64,000 bases of DNA, from positions 2,170,001 to 2,234,000 of the forward strand of contig CM030337.1 in the NCBI GenBank assembly GCA_017654855.1, read 5' to 3'. This DNA comes from Podospora anserina. Lineage: Eukaryota. Below, in pieces: positions 48,218-60,480 of the stretch. A model generated the notes under the pieces. It searched no databases, had not been told where the DNA came from, and saw only the letters and a program-made list of their open reading frames with translations. Position 1 is the first letter of the stretch. The number at the start of each line of letters is the position of its first letter. Made by a program: the position numbers and the translations under genes.

Positions 48218-49587
48218 TGTTACGCAGGCGGCTCACACTCCAATTTTTTATTTTTATTTTTGGGTGGAAAGGAAAAGCAACAATGGTGTTGTGATGAAGC
48301 GGATGGAAATATTTATTTTTTGAATTTGAGTTGAGGTAAACGATATCCTGCCGGCCCCACCGGCTCGGTTGGGGATAGCGCGGGTGTATGGGCCATCACG
48401 ACATAAGGTAAGGTACGGTACATGGCTCCTTCCCGAGTAGTAGTAAGATTTGGTCTGTGGGTTTGGAGGGGACGGGAGGAGGGAAAAGATGGGCGGCGGA
48501 ATGTGGGACTCCGGAAATATCTTGGTGATGCCGGAACTGGGAGTGTCAGTGTGGCATGGGGATTTGACATGTTTTGGGTGAACTTGGCATGCAGGTAGGT
48601 CTCAGTCAGAAGATTCTGCTTATGATCGCTACCTTCCCTTGCTTGGAGTTGTAGCGAGGCTTTGAAATGAGATGAAGGGGTGGGGGCTGCTTTTCATGAT
48701 GTTTCTTTCTCGACTTTCTTCGCTGTGATGACCTTGCAATGATAGATAATTCGGTACTTTGCAAAAACAGCTTGATTTGATGGTCTCATCAAAAGGCCCA
48801 GTAAGATCATATCAATCGCTATGTTTCTATTGCTGACATGCTTGATTCTCTCGAGTCATTATTGTCATGCAGCACACCTACTCAAGAATGCAATGACTTT
48901 ACAAAACCACCATTGCATCGATGAGTTGTTTATTGCAACTATGATATTTGACCAACCACAGCCATATGACTTGCACACTGCTTTTAATCTCTTTGTACCT
49001 AGTCAGAGCAACCTGAAAAGTTGCAGTCTCTCACTCAAGTCAAACAAACGTTTGGTCAGACCAAGCTGCTGAGTCCAGCCCATTGTAACAGACAGAGCCT
49101 TTGTCAATTCACAAGACATCAACGTAAAAACAATGACTGGTCTTGGTCACCAAGGAAAATAACAAGAGCCCCTTGGAAGCGCGTCGCAATGTTGACAACC
49201 ACTATGCTTCTTTGTGTCCTTCATCAGTCAACAAGCTGGCAGTGCCTCAAGGGGCAGTTTGGCTTTCAAAGGACACTGTAGGCCCGACAGCGTCAAGCAA
49301 GCGCACACCCAAATGCTGAAATATTTGGACATATATAAGCTTGCTTGACACATAGCCATCCCATCACCAAAATTTCATCCCTTATCGGTTCTACTTTACT
49401 CGACAAGCTCACATCAGGAACTGTTTTGCCTCATCCTGACTCGATCCATCCCGCCTGTCTTCATACTCGTCGTCACTCTTCACTCCAGCCAACTTCATAG
49501 GTACTTCATCTCACTCCAGCCCACTTTATACTCCATCTCACTCCAAGCATAGTCTTAGGTTTGACATCAGTCTTGAACTCAGTCAAC

Positions 49588-52266
49588 ATGTCTTCCTCAG
49601 AGAATAATCATGTCTCTCGGACTCCAGACACCGAAGGAGACTTCAGCTCTCCCAACTCGTTTGTCTATGTCCGTACACCTATGGCGACAATCAGCAACAA
49701 CACAGGGCTCAAGTCAACAGTCCACACTACCTCCGTTGACGAGAAGGACTCTTCCCATCAAGAGGGTCAGCAACGCCAGTACCAAGAACAGCGTCAACAT
49801 CAGTATCAACAGCAGTATCAACCGCGGTATCGCCAGTCCAGCTATGCCAGCAGTCGCAGCAGTCTTGCCAATGAAGTCATCTTCGACCATGAAGACTCCC
49901 CTCCTCCGCTGAAAGACAACAACGGTCCCTTTCACCCTGCTAGCCCCTATGCCAAAGATGATCAAAGCCATGGCCTGGGCATCAACGCCGAAGAAAGCTG
50001 CCTGCATCAAGAACAGCGAGGCACACGAACAGTCTCCAGCCCAGTAGGCACAAGCGGCAAGTACGGCAAGACCACAGAACAACCCCTCGCTGGGGTGAAC
50101 TGGCGAGACCGCAGCGTGAGCTATGGTGACAGCTACGGGGGACGGTGGTCTTCCAACCTACGGGGGTCAGCTGCCAGTGAGAGCTATGGCCCAAACAGGT
50201 TCTACCCCCCCGGTTACTACTTCTCTCCTGCGAACCGTTGGAATCCAAGCTTCCGCTCTTACAAGTCGTCAGCGAGCACCGATCTTCTTGCCAGCCTCAC
50301 AAGCAACGCCAGAAAAGCCCCTTTCGCTGCACAACCTTCTTTGACAAACCGATTCAACGTGTTCCAGACGTTGAACAACAATAACAACAACAACAACAAC
50401 AACAACAATAACAACAACAACAACAACCAGACCGACGAGAACGACGAAAAGATGTCGCACTGTGACAACAAGTCCGAAACCTTCGGCGTTGTCGGAGACG
50501 GCCGCTTCGGCGCCAGACCCACTCCCGCTGCCCCCGCCCCGCCTGTCCTCACCTCCATCGGCGCCTCCGGCTTTGCCTCAGGCAGGATGATGAGTCACCC
50601 CGGCGGGAACGACTCTGGAATCCCGGGCTTTGCCCAACACCCACCCTCCGGCCCCGCCTACCACCCGGACGCCCTCTCCTCCCAGCTCCGGTCCTTGTCC
50701 TTCCACTCCGGCGCCGCCACCGCCGTCCAAGCTCCTGGCCCCTTTTCCGCTGCCCAGCAGCACCCCTTCCCGGGCCAGCAGCGCCCCTTTTTCCCTCAGC
50801 CTGCCGCCGCCCCCTTGTTTCCCGCTGGCTTTCGCCCCCTCGCGTCCGTCCCCGAGACCGCCGTCGTCCGAGCTGGTCCCTCCTCCTCCAGTGCCCTCGT
50901 CCCAGCCCCTGGGCAGCCCTTTTTCTTCCGGCCGATGGAGTGCCGCACCCACCGCCGCCTGACCGAACTCGAGTCTTACGACTTGATGATCAAGGGGTTC
51001 AGCCCCAACTACAAGGGGAACCCGGACCTGGACCGGAACCGGAGCGCGACCATCCCCGAGGACATGAACTGTTCTCTCTTCCTGGTGGGCTTGCCCGCCG
51101 ATGTGACGACCCACGAGCTGCTTGCTGGGGTGAGGAACGTGGGGCGGGTGTACGCCACCCACATCAACCCCCCTGAGCCGGAGAAGGGCCACGAGCAGAG
51201 CGCGGCCAAGATTGTGTTTTTTGAGAGGAGTGCTGCCGGTACGTGTTCATTCCCTTCCCCTTTTCTTCATATGCATCCGAGCATTCCCACCACGCCTCAG
51301 AAAGTTCTGAGTAGGCCTTCCAAAAGTTTGGATGGGCCTGTTGACCATCTTTTTATGCCTTTTGAGCTATCGAATAGGCATATCATGCTGTCAAATAGGC
51401 CTTCCAAACTCTTGGATATGCCTTCAAGATATCTTCAGACCCCTTCCCACTATCCTGAGACGCCTCTTGGCCATCTTTTTCGGCCTATTGAACTCTCGAA
51501 TAGGCGTAAAAGATGAGTTGGCACGCCTTCAAAACTCTTTGACAGGCCTCTCAAACCCCTTTTGACGCATGCAACGTTCTTCTAAACGCATGAAATCAGA
51601 AAGCTAACCCACCCTTCCCACCAGAACGCTTCTTCCGCCAAACCACAACCCAGGGCTTCCGCATCCCAACCCGCGCTCCTCCCCACAACCCAGCCCGCGT
51701 GACCTGGAACCGCATCCGGTCCGCCGAAGTCGACATCAACGGCTCAAAGTCTCGCGTCCTCCTCATCTCCGGACCCCCCCACATCGTCAACGAGCAGCAC
51801 CTCCGCGAGTACTTCGACAACAAGCTCATCTACCAAGTCGACGAGATCATCGTCCACCACCCCGGCGCCGTCCCTGCCGCCTTGCCCGCTCCCCCCGGTT
51901 CCTCTGCTGCCAATCCCTCGACAGGCAACCTCTCTAGCTCTGGTGGTCCCCGCACCCCAGCCGGCCTATTGGCCTATAACGACGTCCCTTCCGGCGCTCC
52001 CGTTGCCAGCCACAGCAACACCTCTTCCAGCTCGGGCGGTGTTCCCACCGGTTATAACAATAACAATTCTTCTTCCTCCTCGGGTCTCGCCCCCAATGTC
52101 AATGTTGCCGGCCACAGCAACATCCCCCTCGCCGCCGGTCCTCTCATCCTCGGCAACAACGACAACAACGACAACAACGACAACAACGACAACAACGACA
52201 ACAACGACAACAACGACAACAACGACAACAACGACAACAACGACAACAACGACAACAACGACAACG

Positions 52267-52305
<39 letters not shown>

Positions 52306-52859
52306 GTGGCGCCAGCGGCTTCAGCCCCGGCCACTCCAAGTCCGCCTCCAGCATCAGCTCCGGAGGCCACAGACCCAGCTCTCTCCTGGGCCAGCTCAAG
52401 GGCGATAGAGCCCTCATCGAGTTCCGCTTCGGCAGTTACCGCTGCCAGTCCGAGGCCGCCCGCATGGCTCTCGTGAGAGAGTTTAGGGAGTTTGGGGTCT
52501 TGTGCGAGTTTGGGAGGGATCCTTGTGATCGTGTGGAGGAGAAGGAGGAAGGAAACGGGAAGGGGAGAGAGGAGGAGCAGCAGGTGGAGGTTTATTTGGG
52601 TGGTGGTGGAGATGGTTGTGAGGACCACCACCCTTTCTGGAGGGGAGGAGAAGCTGGGATGGGTGGTGGTGCGTTTGCCGGCGGTGCTGGTGTTGGGGGT
52701 GATGCGTTTGCTGGCGGCGAGGGTGGCTTCGGCTCCGTGTTCACTCCGGGTGCGGGCGCGCACCTGTCCGCGACGACCTCGGCTGGGAGTTACTTCCAGT
52801 CGCGGGCTCAGAGCGACAGCGTGCGCGCCCTGTGGGGTGATGCTCGTGAGGGGGCGTGA
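49588..52859 (+). CDS. RRM-like RNA-binding protein with Asn-rich low-complexity regions
   Basis: Exons 49588-51238 and 51625-52859 (GTACGT..GCTAAC..CAG). RRM-like segment [57 protein letters not shown], then a second fold [34 protein letters not shown]. Confidence 0.8.
50374..50427 (+). repeat. Coding (AAC/AAT)18 poly-Asn tract
   Basis: 18 consecutive Asn codons in exon 1 of the RRM-like gene. Confidence 0.95.
51271..51606. repeat. Degenerate 21-nt tandem repeat (~16 units) inside the intron
   Basis: Units start every 21 nt with an ANGC(C/A)T-like hexamer: atgcat 51271, acgcct 51292, aggcct 51313, gggcct 51334, atgcct 51355, aggcat 51376, aggcct 51397, atgcct 51418, acccct 51439, acgcct 51460, cggcct 51481, aggcgt 51502, acgcct 51523, aggcct 51544, acgcat 51565, acgcat 51586. 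Confidence 0.85.
52155..52304 (+). repeat. Coding (AACAACGAC)12 + (AAC)n repeat encoding (NND)12-ND-N12
   Basis: Perfect 9-nt tandem array followed by an AAC run in exon 2 of the RRM-like gene. Confidence 0.95.
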
Positions 52860-54181
52860 GGGGAAGTTTGAGTTTTCGGGGAGGATTCTGTTTCGGGTTT
52901 TTTTTTGTTTGGGTTTTTTTGTTTGTTTTTTTCTTCTCTGCGATGGCAGACGGCTTCCTGAGTTTGGAGTTGGGGTGAGAAAATGGTCGGGGGGGTTTTG
53001 TGGTCTCGCCGGGAAATACTAATGTTGCGCCAATTGGCGCGTTAATATCTTTTTGTTTTTTCCTTTTGTTCATGAAGAATGGCATCTGGAGATGGGGTCA
53101 GGAAATAAATAGCATTGCAACTGTGGGAATACCAAGACTTTTCGGACATCAAGAATATGGACTGCTGTGACTGTGGTTTGTGATGGTCGTGATGTTCGTG
53201 ATGCTCTTCAACATGCAATGTTCTATTACGGCATTGAGAACAACTGACAGAATATGACCCGTCCACATACATTATGATCAGGTTGCATTGACACTGAAGC
53301 AGACATATTGCGGATGGTGATACTGCGATATTGATGGAGCATTGCACAGATGAAGTCTCATCAACCCTAACCCAGCAGCAATAAGGCAGTACAGGGTGGG
53401 GCATGGCGTTCCAGATCTTCGGGAGTGATCTTGGCACAGTGACGTCATGGGTCTTTCATGATGCCATCACCCAACTAAAGGATGGTATCTCGCGAGACGC
53501 GGGTTCATTGATGGCAGCTCGTTGGTCCAACGTGGAAGAGAGTCAAGTAAATCCTCTGATATTGTGTCACCGGGGCCAATCACAGGCAGCCACTGCCCTC
53601 AAACACACGCGTTCTGTTGGCGAGCAGCCACGGCAACCCCCCACCTCGACGCCGGTGAACGACGACAGCCATTCGCCCCTCCCCTTGTAGCCTTCATTAC
53701 GTCACAGCGGAGAAATATGTCCTTCAACGGCGGCACTGGGCGGCCAGCATGTGAGAATTCCTTTCCCACTCATGTCGGTACGAGGTGAGCAGCTACTTCC
53801 AGCTGATTCTTTGAGCAGCCAGCAGTAACTCCCAGTGTCCCCAGCTGGCAGATCATTGCTCCCCTGCCAAAAAAAACAAGCAAAGGTAAAACCCACTTAA
53901 AGCTAGATTAGGTAGCAGTGACGTCTTGGACTCTTTCTTTCACAGACCCACAAACAAACCAACAGTGAACGTCTGGAACCGACCCTCCAACGTCCGCCAA
54001 TATACTGCGCTTTGCACCTTCAACTTCCTCCTTCTCTCCTCTTCCTCTCCATACCAATTTGATACCCAACCCCCATCACCAACCGCGATATTTTCCTCAG
54101 CCAGCAAAGAGGCATCTCCTTTCCCGCCTTACACATCCTACAACTACAACATCTTGCTGAAGAAAAAATAACACCATCATC

Positions 54182-55931
54182 ATGAGGATCGCCAAAGCGC
54201 TCCTATCGTTGGCCCTCGTGGCTGACGCAGCTATCGCTAGCTCTTGGTTTTCCAATGCTGGTAAGCCATGACTTGTGTTTTTTCTCGACTTCTCCAGCTC
54301 ATTATTAACAAGATCTGCAGCCTACAACAAGTGGCACGAGACTGAGCTTGAGCGTTGGCTCTCCGACCACGATGTCCCCTATCCCACTCCTGCCGACCGC
54401 AAGGATCTCGAGAAGCTTGTCCAGAAGAACTGGGAGTCACATGTCGTAACACCATACAACAGCTGGGACGCTGCCCAGCTTGATAGCTATCTCAAGCAGA
54501 AGGGTGTCGAGACCAAGGATTCCGCCCAGGCCAGCCGCGATTCTCTCGTCAGCCAGGTGAAGGGCTACTGGTACGAGACGGAGGACAAGGCTCAAACCGC
54601 CTGGACCAATGTCAAGGACTGGATTCTGGACAGCTGGACCGACAGCCAGCTCAAGGCCTTCTGCGATCGTCATGGTATTCCTGGTAAGTTGACATGACGC
54701 CATGTCTTGAATGTTTGAGGCGTCGACTAACACCGCCATAGTTCCCCAACCCCGCACCCGTGATACTCTCCTTCAGAAGGCTAGGGTCGCTTACGAAACC
54801 GCTGCTCAAAAGGCCGGTGAGACTGCTGCCTACCCTGGCAACTGGTTGTACGAGACCTGGTCCGATTCTGATCTCAAGGAGTGGCTTGATACCCATGGCA
54901 TCCCGGCTCCTCAACCTACCACCCGCGACAAGCTCATTGCCTCTGTCCGCCGCAACTCTCGACTTGCCTCGCTTCGAATGCAGGAGCAGAAGGCTGCTGC
55001 TCAGAAGAAGGCTCAGGAAGCTTATGCCACCCTCACTGACAAGGTTATTGACGCCTGGAGCGAGTCTCAGCTGAAGGAGTTCTGCGACAAGAATAGCATC
55101 CCCGTTCCTCAAGGTACCAAGCTCAACCAGCTCCGCTCTCTTGTCCGCAAGCACCGCGCTGAGATCATGGGTGACACTGTTGCCTCAACCGCTGCCTCCG
55201 CCTATGGCGCTGCTACTTCCAACGTTGGCGAGAACGTTGCCAAGGCTACTGATGCCACTTCCCAGGCCGCTCTGGATGCCTTCAACGCTGCCGTCAACAC
55301 CTGGTCTGAGAGCCGTCTCAAGGGCTACCTTGACGCCCGTGGAGTCCCCGTTCCTCAGGGATCCAAGACTGATGAGCTTCGTGCGCTCGTACGCAAGCAT
55401 GCCCACAAGGCTGCTACCGGCTGGAGCGCCTGGACCTGGGACGATCTGACCCTCGACAACCTCAAGGCCTACCTCGCTTCCTCTGGAGACGCTGCGGCGA
55501 AGAAGGCTGGTGAGAAGGCTGGCGCTACTCGCGAGGAGCTTGTCCAGGCTGCCAACGCTGCCTACGCCTCTGCTTCTTCTGCCGGTGGTAACTCCTTTGC
55601 CTCTGCTACTAGCTACCTTTCTCATGCCACCGACAATGCCAAGGCTGCTACCTTTGATACCTGGAGCGAGAGTGATCTCAAGGCCTACTTGGACAGCTAT
55701 GGCATTCCCGTCCCTCAGGGTTCAACTCTCAATGAGATCCGTGCCCTTGCTCGTCGCCAGTGGACTTACTACAAGTACGGCACCTCGTCTCCTTCCGAGA
55801 CCATCTTCGCTAAGATCAAGGAAAACGTCTTGAGCGGCTGGGACTGGGTCACCGGTCAGGTCATGGCTGGCTCTGATGCCGCCAAGAAGAAGGCTGAGGA
55901 GGGCCGTGCCAAGGCGCATAAGGAGCTCTAA
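54182..55931 (+). CDS. ish1: Ish1/Msc1-family stress-responsive nuclear envelope/ER lumen protein
   Basis: Exons 54182-54260, 54321-54683, 54742-55931. Signal peptide; many Ish1 repeats (WHETELERWLSDHDVP, WTDSQLKAFCDRHGIP, WSDSDLKEWLDTHGIP, WSESQLKEFCDKNSIP, WSESRLKGYLDARGVP, WSESDLKAYLDSYGIP); KDEL-like C-terminal HKEL; strong codon bias. Confidence 0.9.
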
Positions 55932-56700
55932 GCTGGCTTCCCTCAACCTACATCACATCACGACAAGGAACTCTGTCAAGGCCGTGCATTCTGATCGGGA
56001 TTGACGCCGAGTTTCATCTCTGTACAACATTTCTTAGGGTGGATACTCTTTGACCATCACACATGATGGCATTGACACGGCACAAAACTGGCTTGGAGGG
56101 TTACGAGTGGTTATCATTCAGGGGCTGCGGGTTTTTTGCAGCAAATGTTAATACTCGGGGTTATGTCTGGAGTTGGTCGTTGTTTTCTTTTTAGGTAGTT
56201 TCGTCTATCGGCCTCCATAGCAGGGGGTAATGAAACTTTGTGAAAATGTTTGGTTCCTTGGTGGTGAATGATGGGCCATACTAATATTGTGTCCGGTGCT
56301 ATGTTACACAACCCAGTTCTCTTCCAGATCTACTGGCCCTGGCCAATGAACAGCAAGACATACCTTTGACGGTATCTTGTAAACCCTCCTCGTGGAGGTC
56401 ATGGTACAACTCATGATCGTGGTTGCTGAGAATCCTTCATCGAGGTAAGAGCTTCTTCTGTTCTTGCATGATGAATATAGTAGGTATCATGGTTGTTCCA
56501 TGAGAGCTGAAAAAAGGTGAGCCTTGGCGAATTATGAATTATGTGTGGCAGGGCTGTGTGCACAGAAACAGGAAGCAAGCGTGTGTGTTGGTGTATTGAA
56601 TGGGTTGATGGCGGATGGAAATGGAGTTTACGTAAAGGTTATTTGGGAATTGGGGTGTTTGAGACTGTGTGGTTGAGGGTGAGTGAAGAAGTGTGAGAGG

Positions 56701-56970
56701 ATTAGTAGGAGTATAAGGTTATCTGTTTACTGCTTAAAAGTACCGAAAATCTAAGGCATTTATATCTTGGAAAAGGCTTAGACTAAAGATGTACAAAGGT
56801 TGGATTAAGTCTAGGAATTCGACATATAAGGCTCGGATTTAGCTCAGATTAAGTCCATAAGGAGCTTGGATTATACGATGAGTTTTAAAAGGGGATCCTA
56901 AGGATGGCTAGACATTGTAAAGTGAGAGGTTTATGTGTTTTTGCTTAAGGAGCCTCTCTCTTTACTATCC
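56701..56970. other. TpA-rich tract, possible RIP-mutated repeat relic
   Basis: Hand count gives roughly 30 TpA versus about 6 CpA in 270 nt; no ORF; internal degenerate GCTYRGAYT units. Confidence 0.4.
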
Positions 56971-58036
56971 AGTAGGGGGATGGCGGTATGTGGGACCTGG
57001 GCATTTCGAAGGTTGAAACTAGCCGGGTATTATCAATGACCATCATGGGGCAGGAGCAGCGCATATGCTGTTAGAAATTGTACGGCAGATATCAGATGAC
57101 GGTTCATGTTTGTCACAAGATAACACACCGGGTTTGGAAGGTTCGGATATGGAGTCTCGGCGATTGATGGGTTGTTTATTTGGTTATCGCGCTTGCGACG
57201 GAATCTTGTTTCAGAACTTGCAGTCCAAGAGGTGATTTGCTTATGATGAACCACTCTCCGAGAGGTTTAACATCAACTACCGCCCTCCATCCCATCCAGT
57301 TTAGTACCGTGCCACCATCACTCGGCAATGCGTGACTTGACCCGGGCAGCGAATTCATTCTCACACTTGAAAGTTCAGGTAGGCAGGTAGGTATGCAACC
57401 GCGCACTTATCATCTTGGTACGGTCTGGGTATAATTATTAGGTATTATTGCGCTACTAAAGAACCAGTCGACCAGATCGCACCGTGTTCTCAAATGTTCG
57501 TGTCGCTAGATAAGGCAAATTCCCAAACTCAAGTAAGGTACGGAGTTGCCGGGTGCCAAAATTCCCATGTCCCCAGTCCCAAAGTGTCGAGGGAAACTCG
57601 CGCTCAAGTCCCAACCCCCAGGCCCCAGTTAGGTCTCTAGCCTCAAGTCCCAAACCACGAATCCCATAGAAAACACTGTCTCCCTTTCCCAAAGCCCAAA
57701 TTCCGAATGCCACAAGCTGGGTAAACCGCAGGAGTAGTTACCAATCCATTATGCAGTCATAGATAGAACTAAGCACCCCATTGATACTCTCCCAACACCA
57801 GCCTTCACAAAGTCCTCCCTTGTCTCCATCCCAAAGGCATCCCACAGAAAAGGCAACGTCCGCGCCAACCTCAAGTAGCTAGATATGCTTAGGTGAGTAG
57901 CGGTATGCGGAAAGAAACCTCGAAGCTTCAGAACCTAAGCCCCCAGAGCCCCATGGGCCAGTATTCCTGGCCTCTGTACCCCCTCCGCGACCAATTATCC
58001 CCCACCTGATGGCACTTCCCCCCCCATGGGCCCATC

Positions 58037-59342
58037 TTATCCCCTCCAGGCCTCAACCCCCCACTGCTGCCACAATGACCAGAAGGCGACCATCTCCAAC
58101 CCAGGCAGCTGCTTCATCACGCCCTCGCTCGTGAATCTCATCGCTTCTTTAACCGCTTTCTCCTCAAAAATTAGCATCGCTGTTCCTTTTCAGATCCCGA
58201 TTTCCAGATCTGGCTAAAACCGGGAAGTCAATAAGGGGAAAAGCGACTCTCTTCAAGTTGGGAATATCCGACGGCGGAGAAACGAGATAAGCAACGGCAT
58301 CCTGCGCATTCTCCCAGCTGTCGGCTCCGCTGGGGGGAATTGTAATCCGAGTCGTCAAAGATGGCGAGCCACTCAATGACCTCGCTGATAGCTTTGTTCT
58401 CCTTGACAACGTGATGAAGGATGTCGGCAGTGGAAATGACCGGCGCGTCCATGACGAAGGCGCCAGAAGAGATGAACAAGCGCTTCAGAGCGCGCTGCGA
58501 GGCCAAAGGTTTGGAAGATGGAAACAAGAGCCTCGTCTTCGGACGGGCGAGAACCGCGGATCATGTCAAGAGTACCAGGGGTTGGGTGGGCTGGGTCGAG
58601 AGCGCGGAGCAGAAAGGCAGCGATCAGCTTGCCGTATGTTCCGGGGTCGTAGCCTTGCTCCCTGATGCCGTATTCCGAAAAGTTGAAACAGAGATTCTTC
58701 GGTGTGACGAGCTGATTGAGCTTCTTGGCCGGGAGTAGACTGGTGATGTGGTCGAGTTGTTGGCGGTTCAAGTTCCGAAGGTCAAAAGAGAGACCCTGTA
58801 GGTGGAGTGCGTTGGAGGAAAAAAAAAAGACACAGTCTCGTCACCAAGCTGGAGCGGCTTGGATAAGTCTCGCTCCCGAACAGAGGAACTGTCCTCTCCT
58901 TTTAGCACAACATTCAAGGTTCTGTTTGAGGAAGGAGAAGGGGTTAGCCGTGTTTGCCATGAAAAGAGGGGGAAAAACGGTAGCGAAACTATTCAGCTGA
59001 GTCTTTGTCGGCCTCGCCCCAGCGCGCTGATGAGCTTAAGCCAGTCGCGCCCCAGCGCTATGCTGACGTATACAGTGGACGGAGAACTTAGTTGGTCTCG
59101 TGGATAAAAGGGCGGCTGGCATGAGGCCCCTTCATCTCGTTCTCGGCGAGTCTCATCAAAGACCAGAGACCTTTCATCAACTCCGCATCTCTGCCGCGTG
59201 AATAGAAGGACTTCCAAACGGTGCTCCGAAACCAATGATAGAAGTGCTTGGATGTTCGACTGACACTGATGGCGTCTCTTTTGGCAAGGTATCCCCCAAC
59301 AAGGAAATAGAGCTCAGGTGGCAAATCGTAAAAAGCTCGCAT
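58037..59342 (-). pseudogene. F-box protein pseudogene
   Basis: N-terminal F-box-like FYDLPPELYFLVGGYLAKRDAISVSRTSKHF. The apparent intron 59091-58922 has a CT instead of GT donor. Downstream protein-like segments lie in several frames (T10 run at 58819-58828 and further shifts), ending MKQLPGLEMVAFWSLWQQWGVEAWRG. Confidence 0.6.
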
Positions 59343-60480
59343 GCTTGTTTCTGTTACAAGGATACATATGTTAGTAAAATCTTCAAGGTCGAGCTGGCTT
59401 GGTCAATGAAGCTGTAGAGTGCCAAGTTAGATAAGGTGAGTAAAGGTCTAACCTTAGACGAAGCTGTAGGTGGAAATACTTAAGGGACAGCTTGGTGGCT
59501 TTGTGTAAGCCTGGGTGAGCTGACTGATAGTAGCCCACGTTCTGTTTCGTGATGTCTGGTGGAAAAGAGAAGAGGAATTCAGTAAGCCAGACACCCTCTT
59601 TATATCTTCTCCCCCCACCCCGTCGGCTTGCCAGGCCCACTTACATGGCCAGATTCACCTCATCTGCTATTGTCATCGCCCTCCTATATTCACTTCTTCC
59701 GATGTGCGACCCACAGAGCAGATTCACTTGCTTTCAGAGGTGGGTCAAGAGCAAAGATAAGGTGAATTATCGCGATGGAGCTGCCCAGAAACGTTGCTCT
59801 TCCAGACAGAACTCGGACAGAGGCTCAAGTGAATTTCACGAAATATTTTAGATATGCTTTCCATAATTCACTGCCCGCTTCACTGTAGAGGAAGTGAGAG
59901 TTGGTGGGAGCGGTCATCAATATAAGATGGAGCGAACCAAATTTCCTGCCATGAACCCTCTCATGATGACCAGTGGGACACCCAATCTATAGGTATACCT
60001 TAATGGTTTGGTGGCTTTAACCTAGCTTTTGCCTCATTAGTTTTCTTATGTTTTTTTTTAATTCTCTGCAGAAAGTATGATCAACATTGAGCACCCATCA
60101 CACAAATCGGTAACACGGAGTGTGGGGAAAAAAGTCCAGCCAGTGGGATGCCAGGTAGATGCATGCCCTCTACATAAACTACATAAACTAGGTGTGAACT
60201 GGCGATTGCCTCCTCGGTCACCACCAACCTGCAGTTTGCATTGATAAGTAAACTCTTCTGACAACATATCCCTATATTTGTGTCATGACACAATGATAAG
60301 CACCAAATGATTGTACTTTGGCATGGACAACCACCTCACCAGTCATACCTAAGGTACCCACCCAGATCAACAAACGATTGTCCTAGTACCCCCATCAAAC
60401 CCGCCCACGCTTACGCCCTCTCTCCCATTCAAGAATGATCACCTCCCAAATAAAAGCTGGAAAAACAAATCCCCGAAGCC

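Noticed and set aside
51271-51606. CRISPR-like interpretation of the regularly spaced intron motifs
   Set aside because: Eukaryotic intron, the conserved core is only ~6 nt, the variable parts resemble one another, and there are no cas genes; it is a degenerate minisatellite.
51943-52763. Poly-Thr, poly-Val and poly-Leu ORFs in other frames
   Set aside because: Alternative readings of the AAC/GAC repeat.
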